DNA of 64,000 nucleotides. Source: Yuukianura sp. NJ FZ-2021 (lineage: Eukaryota). This document shows, piece by piece, positions 12,611-23,713 of this stretch; position 1 is the stretch's first letter, and each line of letters begins with the position of its first letter. A program made the translations under genes and the position numbers. The DNA lies in the NCBI GenBank assembly GCA_046563655.1, contig CM102286.1, positions 2,852,001-2,916,000 of the forward strand, in the 5' to 3' direction. The notes under the pieces were generated by a model. That model saw only the letters and a list, made by a program, of their open reading frames with translations. It was not told the DNA's origin and did not search any database.

Positions 12611-13155
12611 GCTGACAACAGCTGCAACAGACAACAATTCTCAGATTAATCGTTTATTAAACTCCTAGCTAGTAAATCCCGCAGAAAGATGAAGAATCAG
12701 AGTAGAAAGAGAACAGTCTAGGATAGATGGCCTTAAGTAGCCTTTAGTTGTAGTCCGGATATCAGATTACGCTACTTCGTAATTTCGGAATTCGGAAAGA
12801 GCTTACTGATTCGCTCTAGGTTGTCGACGTTGGAGGTTGTTCGGAGTAAAGCATACTATTTGTATTACTAAAATAACACACTCATTCGAGTCTCATTAAA
12901 GCATACCTTAAATTTACTACATTCAAACAACAGTCATTCAGAGTAACATTCAACAGTCTGGGCCCAGTATTCAAGAAGAAACATTTTTACGAAGCATTCA
13001 AAATTTATAACTTAACATTCCGCAATCAAAACAATCAAAATCAAAACAGTCAAAATCATAATAGTCAGTCAGTATCGATACAGTCAAACACAAACTGTCA
13101 ACGAACAACACCGTGAACGAATCTGTAAGTACAGGACAGTGAGACCTTGGGCTCA

Positions 13156-13317
13156 GCTTGACCGTCAGGGTTAATTGTTAACCCAGGGTGGACTAGTTAG
13201 TCTCTCACCTGAAGCGTACCAAGAAATATTACAGAGCAGTCAGACTTTGGATTTGGCTTGACCGTCAGGGCTATTTTTATAACCCAGGGTGGGCTAACCT
13301 AGCCTCTCACCTGAAGC
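13156..13317 (-). repeat. Two ~60-nt direct repeats with conserved stem-loops in the retroelement leader
   Basis: Copies at 13156-13215 and 13256-13317; differences fall in loops or preserve base pairing. Confidence 0.75.
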
Positions 13318-16300
13318 CTATCAGATCATAGCAGAACAGAAGGCGCCATCAGATTCAGAACAGAAGTCAATTATGTTTCTATTCCAGATTAAAATATTCT
13401 GGAATTATGCAGAAGTCAGAACAAATATCCGTAGATTCCAAAATTTTGAAGTTCCGGAATTAAAGAGGAGACAGAGAAGAGTGGGATTTAGCTTAGGAGT
13501 TTCTCATTCTAAATGTCAAAATTTTACGGAAATGAAGTATACTTTCTTATGTCCGAATATGAGCTTTTTAGAAACCAGACGGACGTCGGAGCAGATCAGA
13601 CGTTTTTGAATTTTGAAACGTAAAGTTGGCTGGAGAGGCCGAAGTTTTGATTTCAGAGGTTAGATATCATGTTTCTAAGTCATCCTGGAATTAGATTCAC
13701 CTTTGAGCACAATATACTTCGGTGTTAAATTCCGGTGAAATTTAGTGTTATACTAAATCAATTCGATTATCCGTAAGTAAAACAGGGTATGCTATAGTAG
13801 GCGCCGAACCAAGTGCGGCTTATAATTCCCTTGGGTAGAGAATTTTAGTTCTAACCTGAAACAATTGTAAGTTGAGCTTATAGGCAGCTTCAAATTTCGG
13901 TTAAACGCGTTGAGGTTATATCATTATTCAACGACGACATTTTTATTTATATGAGTTAAAACATTAGATATAAGCTGTGCAGAAATGATGAGGCACACAA
14001 AGGGTTATTGTTTGCTCCTTGAGAGCAAAACTTTGCAGAAACAACAGTATGAAGAGGCCTGGCACCCAAAAGGCCATGGGTGTGATTATTTGGCTAAACT
14101 TTCCAGCTTGGACATTAACAGCGGAGAACTACCCCAAAAGGTCATGGAGTGTTCACTTGATGACTGTTGTCTAGTGACTGGAAGCTGAGAGTCACCCTAA
14201 TAATCATCGGGTGCTCTTTATTGATAGCTGGAGTTTTAAACTTAATATTTACTTATGTTTATGTTAACCGAAGTTTTAAATCTTATAACCTATTGTCTTG
14301 AGGGATTGATTGGAGGAAGCAATCGCAAGTCAGAAATGCAGCTACATTTAGTCGAACTCAAAATTTTAATTCACCTGAATTCCGATCATATTAAAATTCT
14401 GATTTTGGTTGGATTGAAATAAAGTAATTTCAAAACTAACCTAACCTAGTTGAGAAGCTGGGGTTGTGGGAAAATTTGAAGATGCAGGTCACTCAAAAGG
14501 TCATTAAGTGCCAACTTCTGGTTAATTAGTACTTACTTTGATTCATTACTAGCATTCAAGTATGGCAGAGGAGTATTACCAGAATTTGTCAGAAAATGTA
14601 ACGGAAGTGGATAGAAGAAGTGATTTTTCTTTGTATTAAGTTAAATTCAGAAATATTAAAATTTCACTTGTTATACAAGACTCGAGGGGGAAGGCGGGGG
14701 GGGTAGGGGGGGGGTTGTGGAGGGGCTGTTCAATCAAAAGGTTGATTGAGTGTCACTATGGTTCTAAATCGTATCGAACATTGATCGTTAACTTGTAGTT
14801 AACCGGATAAAGTTAATGTAACTTGGCTGAGATTTAAATTTAGCTTTCTGAAGTTAACCCTGTTAACCTAATCACTAACTCCGGTAAAGTTAGTGAACTG
14901 AGATTTAGTCAAGTCCGGACTTAACTAATTACTCATTGTTTGAACGGAGATTTTGAATTATCAGTGGAACGGATTACACTAAGTTGTATGACTTTAAGTT
15001 TAGTTAAGTCGTTAGTGTCAGTTCAGAACTCATAAAGAATAAGTTTTTGGAACATAACAATAAAACTAATGGGAAGTTGGGGAGACAAATCGTCTTTCCC
15101 ACGTCTATTTCTGAAAGTTGACCTCAGGGTCACACACCATTTGGTCCCAAAAGCACGCACTTGTTGCTATGCGCACTTCTTGTAGGGTGATGAGTCAGGC
15201 TGAGGGCGTTGGCCATTGGTGGGTGTGTTACTAGGTGGCAACGGGTCTGTTACTAGGTGGTAACAGCCACACGGGAATTGAAATTACGAATGAGGATTTA
15301 ACTTAGTTACTAGCGAGATACATTCAGTCGAGGCATTGACCTCGCATCAGGTTGCTGCAGTGACCGGCCCCACTTTATGTGGGTCTTAGGTAGAAACTGA
15401 AGATTTTAGGTTGGAGCCAGCATCCAGGCGTTGGCTCGACATTTACTTGTTGCTAGGGTATTTATGAATTTCTGTCGGATGTAAGTAATGTACTTTGAAC
15501 ATAAGTTCTGTTTGAATACTTAATTTAAGGATTTTACTAGAAAATGGTGGGATGAACTGTAGCCGATGGTTGTCGGGTCATTCGCATTTTAGTGACAATA
15601 AATGCGATTTCAGTGGAGGGTGATTATTCTGCCTCCATACTTTAAAATCGGAATTAGAGTGGGTCACCGTGGGTCTTGACGTGGTCCCACCCGATTGTAT
15701 CTGAATTTAAGAATTGTGGGGGGGATGTGTGGCAAGACACCATTCGCACTATATTGCGATAGCGACCTGTCTTCCGCTAGGATTTGCGATGAGTTCGAAT
15801 TCGTCGTCGTGGACAATTTTCCCTCTCATAGTCCGAAACTCGGAGATGGGCTTGGTTGAAGTCACCGCAGGTCACGGGACTATTCCACCTGAATTTAATG
15901 AGTTTTTAACCTACCTATTACCAAGCCTGAATTCAAGCTTCAAGGAAATCACTCTGGACTCAGAAGATTGATAGTTGATTCCTCGGAATAAGTTACAAAG
16001 CTTATGGAAATATGATTTCCTTTCAAAGATGCGTACTAATAATTATTACCCGATTTAACTATGCGTAAGCCAATATCCTTCCAATTAGCATAAAAGGATT
16101 CTGTACAACTTATTTTTGTTGGACCGTGGGTCACACGATATCGCAACTGCGACTTTTGGATTTTGCAATATATTCCCCCCCATAATTTGGTGGGGCGGTG
16201 GGTCCGTCTTTGTAGGTGGAAGACCAACCATACCAGTTTCTCCTTATATAATTTTAACGCTAAACTTATTAAAACTAAAAAAAATCTGAAATTTTTAAGG

Positions 16301-16436
16301 CTTAGAAAGACATTGCAACTTGAAAAATGAAAGGTGTATTATGAAATTAGCAATTTCCGATGCGAAAGCGTAAATTCTGAACAACGGAACAGAATTATGG
16401 TATTTAAGAAAGGGTCACCAAAGTTTCAGCCGTCTG

Positions 16437-16445
16437 AGCCCCCAC
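16437..16445 (-). promoter_or_regulatory. Primer-binding site, tRNA-Pro-like
   Basis: Minus strand reads LTR-aaagTGGGGGCTCagacgg; TGGGGGCTC is the first 9 nt of the known tRNA-Pro PBS (TGGGGGCTCGTCCGGGAT). Confidence 0.7.
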
Positions 16446-16448
16446 TTT

Positions 16449-17489
16449 TGTTACGAACCCAACCCGGTGGCTCCACTCTAACGGCTCCACCAGGTGGGTT
16501 CGTTCCCACTCTAAAGGTAGGTGGGACAGAACTACGCTTTGACATCGAAACAAAACTAACTAACTAACTAACTCTAGGGGTATCACCCGTAGGCGTCCCT
16601 CCTAGAATCGGTGTGACCCAGCAAAGGTCATAGTGGGGTCACTCGGATGAGGTAAGTGGCTACAGCCACTTCATCCACCAATGGTCATGGTGGGGCCAGG
16701 GAGGGCTTGACACCACCACCGCTAAGTTACGGTGGCTGGCCTGGTGTCTTGTAGGTGGGAAACCTAACCTAACCTGGTTGGTCGCACATTGAATTGGCTA
16801 AGAGCCGAAGAGAGAAAGAGATAGATGGAAAGAGAGAGAGAAAGAGATAGTGAAAGGAGGAGAAAGGGAATGGCTACTTACCTGAGGCCTTGGCTGAGAT
16901 GAACACGATCGGACGGTCGTGTGGAGTCCCTTGGTTCCTCCAGGAACGTCCGTAGTTGCTTACTCCAATCCTTCTACCCTCTATCTCCAGCTAAACCTGT
17001 TCTCCGACAACTAAGGCTTAGAGAGTTCGATGGAAATAATTTGATAGTCAAATTAGCTGGAACAGTGGTCACTGTGAAATAGTCTGTGGTTTAATCTCTA
17101 CTTAAACTGTCGACATGCTTTGTCGGGACACAAGCCAGAAATCCGTAGGAAGCCAAATCGGAGACTGACCCGGAGGAAAAGGACGCGAGTCCTTTTGTTC
17201 AGCTCTGAAGTGAGGGCCCTTGGTGACAAGAGCCACCCTCACTTCAGGCAAGCCTTTGTCTTAGCTTGTTGCTAAGTGTGAGTTTGGGTTGGAAAGCCAG
17301 GGCTAATTCTAATTAGCCGTGACCCTCCGGTTCCCCTTCCAGAATCTTCCTTTCCTTCTGCCGAAGGAACGGAGGATTCTGGGAAAGTGAATGACCGCAC
17401 GTGGGACTGGCCATTTGCTCAGCCGTGACCTGGTGGGGCTGGCCACCTCCGTCGGGTCACGGTGGAGACATAGTGTTACAGCCGTAACA
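16449..17489 (-). repeat. 5' LTR (1041 bp)
   Basis: TG...CA ends with 7-bp terminal inverted repeat; no difference from 8108-9148 found by eye; followed on the minus strand by the PBS. Confidence 0.95.
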
Positions 17490-17778
17490 ATTTCTCGTTT
17501 GATTTGAAGAAGAAATGTAGTAACCGGAAAATAGAGTGAAAATGGAGTAAATTGAGGCAGAGACGTTTATATTTCCCGCCAAAAAAGCGAAGATTCTAGT
17601 GGAAAGTGATTCCTTGTTTAGTTTGAGGTCTTCATTTCCAGGGGAAAAGTCGATGAGGGGTAAATGGTTGGTGTATATATTACTTTTCTGGGTTTCCTCT
17701 TTCTAGGAATCGTATAAATGTGCACTATTCGAGCCAAATGGTTTTTATTAGACTCCAGGGAAGATGCTGCTACCCAGG

Positions 17779-19260
17779 CAAGGTTCCTTGACAACGAAAA
17801 GTCCATTTTTTTAACAGGTTGGGTACTACCTCGCTTATTGACAAACGAAAAAAAAAATTAGTGCCAATTTATTAGTACCAATACAAAAAGTTGGTAGCAA
17901 ATCGTACACAAAATTTAAAAAGTTCGGCTGTATTGCTATGACTACGATGCCCTAAAACGAAAAGACACAATTGTTGCAAAATCAAAAAAAAACATGAGGT
18001 ATTACCCAACCTGTTAAAAAAATCAAAGTCAACAAACCTTGTACCCGGGTATCTAGAAAAAAAGTGAAAGAATCTGAAAACGGATAGACGGAGATAAGGC
18101 TCCTTAAGGATTCAAGTCTTATTGCTGCGTGAAGGAAGCTCCCGCAGAGATTTGCAATTGAGAATTGGACTGTTACCTTTCTTCTGCCAGTATTACTGGC
18201 TGACTGGCCGTGAAGGAGGTCACCGGCGGTGGGACAACGGTGGGACATTTGCATCTTGAAGGATTCATCGTCAGATAACGCCTGACTCTAATGTTTTGTT
18301 GATGGTTATGACCTGGATAACAGTGAAATGGAATAGGAACAAACAAGATTCCAATGGAACACACCGTGGAGGAGGAAATTGTAATAAACGGAGAAATTGG
18401 CACACTTCAGTGCCAGATTTATATATGATGTTTCACCATTTTCAAAAACGTATTTTGAATTGGATCCAGGATTCTCAGAACTTTTTAGTTAAACGGCAAC
18501 ACTTTGGAAAGCAAATACCATTTCCCTAGTGAGATATTTACTTCTATGCATACGCAAAGAGGGTCCAGATAGGATCTGGATGCTAATGAACCAACAAATA
18601 ACAACTTGGCAACCACCACGTTTTCCCAACAAAACTTTGCTTCCAAATTTTCCATTCACTTTCCAATTCAGTTTTCAGTTTGTTCTGATTTTCAAACCAA
18701 GTTAAGCCAAACCCCGCCCTTCATTTTACTGGGTAAGATATTAAAAAGAATGCTTTCAAGCCAAGTTAAGCCACCCCCCCACCTCTAAATAACATAATTC
18801 CAAATTCCAAAAAGTTAAAAGTTTACTATGACAATCACTCTTTCTAAATAACATAATTCCAAATTCCAAAAAGTTAAAAGTTTACTACGAAAATCACTCT
18901 TTCTAAATAACATAATTCCAAATTCCAAAAAGTTAAAAGTTTACTATGAAAATCACTCTTTCTAAATAACATAATTCCAAATTCCAAAAAGTTAAAAGTT
19001 TACTATGAAAATCACTCTTTCTAAATAACATTTCAATCGTCAGTTCAATCTATTTTAATTTCAAAAAAAATTTCAACGGGTGACGTCACATTCAAAATTC
19101 ATTTTGCCGTGGTTACCAAACAAATTTCCTGTTCTCACTACCTGTAGTATTCTATTTACCTTGGATTGGTACCAATTTTTTATTAGCATTTTTTTCTCAA
19201 CAAGCGAGGTAGTACTCAACCTGTTAAAGAAAATTAACTTTTCGTGGTCAAGGAACCTTG
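17779..19260. mobile_element. Degenerate non-autonomous DNA transposon with ~100-bp imperfect TIRs
   Basis: CAAGGTTCCTTGAC(A/C)ACGAAAAGT...TTAACAGGTTG(G/A)GTACTACCTCGCTT at 17779 and its reverse complement ending at 19260; partial inverted copy near 17996-18022; no TSD found. Confidence 0.6.
18784..19031. repeat. 59-bp tandem repeat, about 4.2 copies
   Basis: Unit TCTAAATAACATAATTCCAAATTCCAAAAAGTTAAAAGTTTACTATGAAAATCACTCTT starts at 18784, 18843, 18902, 18961 and 19020. Confidence 0.95.
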
Positions 19261-19405
19261 CTAGAAAGAATTCAAAAACCCAAAATTTTGTCCATGTTGA
19301 AGTTAAATTTTGACAACAATTCGAAGTTAGTGAAATATTTGGGCTCAAATGTTTTTTACTACTACTTCGCTAAGGAAGCTAAGCACAAGTTCAATCAGAT
19401 TGGGC

Positions 19406-19499
19406 CACATTGGGAAAAATGAGCTCAAAATGCGACAAGGTTTTACATGTGTTTAAATGGGATCTCTTGTCGCATTTTTTGCTCCTTTTTCCCAATGTG
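19406..19499. mobile_element. Transib-like MITE (94 bp)
   Basis: TIRs CACATTGGGAAAAA...AAAATGCGACAAG and complement; 5-bp GC-rich TSD TGGGC (19401-19405, 19500-19504); CAC...GTG ends. Confidence 0.75.
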
Positions 19500-19508
19500 T
19501 GGGCGTCA

Positions 19509-20959
19509 TTTTAGTCTTCTGGAGACGCATGTCTACGACATGCTGAAGAAGACTATTGATACGACTTTGTCCGTCCGTCTGTCTGTCCGTAACGTTTTTT
19601 AGGACCCTTTGCGATCAAATATTACATCCATTATTGACGGGGTGTCCTGCATCGCCCAAGTGTTTTCATTAGGTCTACATTGCACTTAAAGCCGTACATT
19701 AACAACGCAGAATTGGGCGGCTACTTTACGTACCCGCAGTATCGTGGCTCCGCAAAACTGTTTTGGTTTCGATTGCACTCAAGGTATTTATAAACAACGG
19801 AGTTTTGATCTGGTCATTTTCTTGCAGTATGTTTAGTTACGTTGTTAAATTAAGACTGATTAGAGGGTAGAAAATGCGGCTTAAATTCGTAACATGTAAA
19901 CAGTGAATGACAAGGTTCGAATTTTCAAATTTTCCAACATATACCATTTGTAATTTTCCAACATATACCATTTGTAATTTTCCAACATATACCATTTGTA
20001 ATTTTCCAACATATACCATTTGTAATTTTCCAACATATACCATTTGTAATTTTCCAACATATACCATTTGTAATTTTCCAACATATACCATTTGTAATTT
20101 TCCAACATATACCATTTGTAATTTTCCAACATATACCATTTGTAATTTTCCAACATATACCATTTGTAATTTTCCAACATATACCATTTGTAATTTTCCA
20201 ACATATACCATTTGTAATTTTCCAACATATACCATTTGTAATTTTCCAACATATACCATTTGTAATTTTCCAACATATACCATTTGTAATTTTCCAACAT
20301 ATACCATTTGTAATTTTCCTACATATACCATTTGTAATTTTCCAACATATACCATTTGTAATTTTCCAACATATACCATTTGTAATTTTCCAACATATAC
20401 CATTTGTAATTTTCCAACATATACCATTTGTAATTTTCCAACATATACCATTTGTAATTTTCCAACATATACCATTTGTAATTTTCCAACATATACCATT
20501 TGTAATTTTCCAACATATACCATTTGTAATTTTCCAACATATACCATTTGTAATTTTCCAACATATACCATTTGTAATTTTCCAACATATACCATTTGTA
20601 ATTTTCCAACATATACCATTTGTAATTTTCCAACATATACCATTTGTAATTTTCCAACATATACCATTTGTAATTTTCCAACATATACCATTTGTAATTT
20701 TCCAACATATACCATTTGTAATTTTCCAACATATACCATTTGTAATTTTCCAACATATACCATTTGTAATTTTCCAACATATACCATTTGTAATTTTCCA
20801 ACATATACCATTTGTAATTTTCCAACATAGAACATCAATTCTATGAAAACGGTTTCTCAGTTCGTCCACAGTTTTCCGGTAGGCCGGTCTCAATGTCGTA
20901 TCAATTGTCAACTCCCTCCAGAAGACCTATGCTCAACCCTTGAGCATTGCCCTACCTTG
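19509..20959 (+). mobile_element. Non-autonomous Helentron (HINE/DINE-1-like) element with central tandem array
   Basis: 5' T-run plus subTIR GTCTTCTGGAG with nearby partial inverted copy, (GTCY)n microsatellite at ~19569-19590, 3' subTIR CTCCAGAAGAC (20916-20926), hairpin ATGCTCAA-ccc-TTGAGCAT and end CCTTG|TTT. Confidence 0.8.
19928..20829. repeat. 24-bp minisatellite, about 37.6 copies
   Basis: Unit AATTTTCCAACATATACCATTTGT; a single substitution seen at 20320. Confidence 0.98.
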
Positions 20960-22696
20960 TTTAAAGTGGCCCTGACATACACAAGAAACAGATTTTAAAA
21001 TGAGGTTGTTAAAAAAGTTATTTTAATTTTTCATACGTTTTCTTTTAAGTAGCAAAATTTTAGAACATTGAAAAATTTGCCGCGGGGTGAATAACATGTG
21101 CAAAGTGATTTTCTGGAAAGAGGATTAAGAATACCCGGGTATTAGTGAAACTTGTCGCCCAAGGGCTCTATATCCCAAAATTTTGAGTCCTGGGAAACTG
21201 GTTTATAAAGCGAGTGGCCGCAAAAGTAATTTGGCGAATAAATTGATCCGATTTTCTACCAAAATCGGCCAAATTGGGCCTGTGGTCTGAACGGTGCTTT
21301 AGTTTATCTTCGTAACCAAGGTGATTTATGAACAGCAGAAAATGGAGGGCAGAGAAGCGCTTTCTTTTGGAAAGCTGCTTAGACCCGCTTCTTCCAAAAT
21401 TGTGTTTTTGGAGGGAATGAAAGTAATGGGAGATAAGTTGGTTATATTGTTCTTATGGAAATGGATAATGGTGACCTTAATGGTCGGAACGTATGTGGAG
21501 ATGCTTCTTTAGCGCCATTTTGATCCAATGAAAGTAGGATTTTCCCGCATTCAACTTCAAGTTGAAAACAAACATGATGATGAAGATGATGATGATGGTC
21601 TGAGTGAGACCGCATTTCCCTCCCATTTTCAAGAAAAACAAAAAGTATTAAAAGAAAACAGCGAGGGATATCGCTGGAGACGTTTTTTCTTACCCGGGTA
21701 ATTGAAAGTTTGCGCTGCTCGCAGCGTTCCAAAACAAAATAAATGCAATAGATGCAAAAAATATCATTTCCTTGGTCATATTTGACCCCGTTCTTCTGCA
21801 TAATTGAACAATTTTCTCCTATATAAATTATTTTTTGACAAACCAAGTTATTGGTTTGTCCAAAAATAATCACGATTCGTGATTTGCAAAAAACGACATC
21901 TTCAAATTAACTTTTCCTTCTCAACGAAAAAACAACTTAAAAATAAGCCCGACTTTACGTTGGAGTAATATCTAACGACTCTGTTCTTCCTCAAGGAGCC
22001 AAACAGTGTCAAGAACTTGACGTTGACACTCTCAAAATAGAAATCAAGATACGAGGTCAGGTTGATTCGAGCAACTCAAGGTTAAATTGGTTGGAAGTCA
22101 ACACTACTTTCAACTTGAGACATTCAGTTTTAATTAAACTTCGTCTCTAATTGGACTTATGGAGCTCTGAACCTACTTTGAACCTAGCGTTAATTTCATA
22201 TTTCATGTCTTTTAAGTGAATCATTTTTTTAATATGCAAGAACCACAAAGACACTAAATTGTACCACTACGGAAACCAATTGCGTTTAGTATGTAGCTCA
22301 ATTCGTGACTTCCAACAGTGTTTTTCCCGATTTTTGTGTGTGCTTTGGAATGTGGCTTTTAAAGTTTAAATCTTCGTATACTGTTCAGAATGTTTCGAGA
22401 TTACTCACGATCAGTTTAAAATGACGCAAACAATTGCCCTACTTCAGACACGGAAGCTCAATTTGTAAAAATTTGGCAGTAGTATGGTACAAGTATTCCC
22501 TTTAAATTTAAGTAAGTAGACATCGACGTGCGTGGAATGATAACTATGTTATCGCTTCTACAAACAATGACTTTAGATAAAGCACTTTAAACATTTCACC
22601 AGTGTATTCAATGCCACTGGAAGTAAAAGAGTTTGCGCAGAGTTGGTGCAGTTAATTTCTAAAAGGCGAAAAATATTTTCAAAATTCAAAACAAAA

Positions 22697-23713
22697 ATGG
22701 CTCGTTTTTTGAGTCTAATTGTGTCGTTAGTCCTTATTGTAGCCTCAACCAGTTATGGGCAACAGTTTGTGCTTCGTAGCAACACAGGCGCAGAAGACTC
22801 TTCCACGGTCATAGGAGTTTTAGGCTCTAGAGTCGAGTTGCCATGCGTCGTCGACGTTTCTGCGCAAGATCAACACTTCATCTGGCAAAAGAAGCTGAAC
22901 GAAGATACTTGGCTTGACATGGCCGAACTCTGCGAAGAAAATAAAAGATGCAAAGTCATTACAGAAATTGGATCGGGAAATTCAAAAAATATGACCCTCG
23001 TTTTTCAAAAATTGCGCCGATCCGATCTGGGCACTTTTTCCTGCGGCGTTCCTCTGGATCGGTCAACAGCTGATGTCTATTCGATTGAACTTGATCCAAA
23101 CGTGTACCTTGTCTTGAAAGAACCGGTTTCGGTAGAACACGAATTTCCTTTCGGTATGACCAGTCACACGGTACTGGTCGGTGACGACCTAACGTTAAGT
23201 TGCCACTTGACACGTGACCATGGACCGGTAGAAGATCAACAATACAGAGTCCGGTGGTGGATTCTTGGACAATGGCGGAATCCTTGGGATCTACCTCCGA
23301 CACAGTACACCTACGACGAATCGACAGAATTCTCGAACCTAACACTCAAGAACGTAACGATGGAGGATCGTGGAGAGTACGAATGCATCCTATGGAATGC
23401 TCACAAGTTTCCGGAATTTACTCCCGACAAGATTGAAGCTAGATTGTCCGATCATGAAGACGAGCCGCCAGTGATCTTGGTTCGAGTCAAGGAGCGCAAT
23501 CAGTGGGAGCTTCCGACGATTACAATTGGGGTTGAAGTTGCTCTGATTCTCATTATAATGATTCTGGTTGAAACGACGAAGTTGCTGCCAGACGGAGACA
23601 ATAGTAGTGACGGCAGTACTGATGAAGAGCTCAAGGCCATTCGTAAGCACAACACAGCCTATTTCGAAGAAGACATCCAACCAATGTCACATGATGAAGG
23701 CAAACCCATGTAG
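22697..23713 (+). CDS. Basigin/neuroplastin-like two-Ig-domain type I membrane protein, intronless
   Basis: Signal peptide, two Ig folds (LPC..W..DLGTFSC; LSC..W..DRGEYEC), juxtamembrane VRVKE, TM helix containing Glu (TIGVEVALILIIMILVE), acidic tail, AATAAA after the stop. Confidence 0.8.
   Translation: MARFLSLIVSLVLIVASTSYGQQFVLRSNTGAEDSSTVIGVLGSRVELPCVVDVSAQDQHFIWQKKLNEDTWLDMAELCEENKRCKVITEIGSGNSKNMTLVFQKLRRSDLGTFSCGVPLDRSTADVYSIELDPNVYLVLKEPVSVEHEFPFGMTSHTVLVGDDLTLSCHLTRDHGPVEDQQYRVRWWILGQWRNPWDLPPTQYTYDESTEFSNLTLKNVTMEDRGEYECILWNAHKFPEFTPDKIEARLSDHEDEPPVILVRVKERNQWELPTITIGVEVALILIIMILVETTKLLPDGDNSSDGSTDEELKAIRKHNTAYFEEDIQPMSHDEGKPM

Larger units (their letters stand above)
7070..17489 (-). 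mobile_element. Non-autonomous gag-only Ty3/Gypsy-type LTR retrotransposon with an extra third LTR
   Basis: TGTTACG...CGTAACA LTRs; 4-bp TSD ATTT (7066-7069, 17490-17493); PBS and PPT on the minus strand; single gag ORF; no pol ORF in the six-frame track. Confidence 0.93.

Noticed and set aside
13985..14188. Short ORF in the retroelement interior as a pol/env remnant
   Set aside because: No protease, RT, RNase H, integrase or TM motif; antisense to gag.
19837..20911. Long repetitive ORFs on both strands, or a CRISPR-like array
   Set aside because: Artefact of a 24-bp unit that is stop-free in several frames; there are no unique spacers and no cas genes, and the context is eukaryotic.
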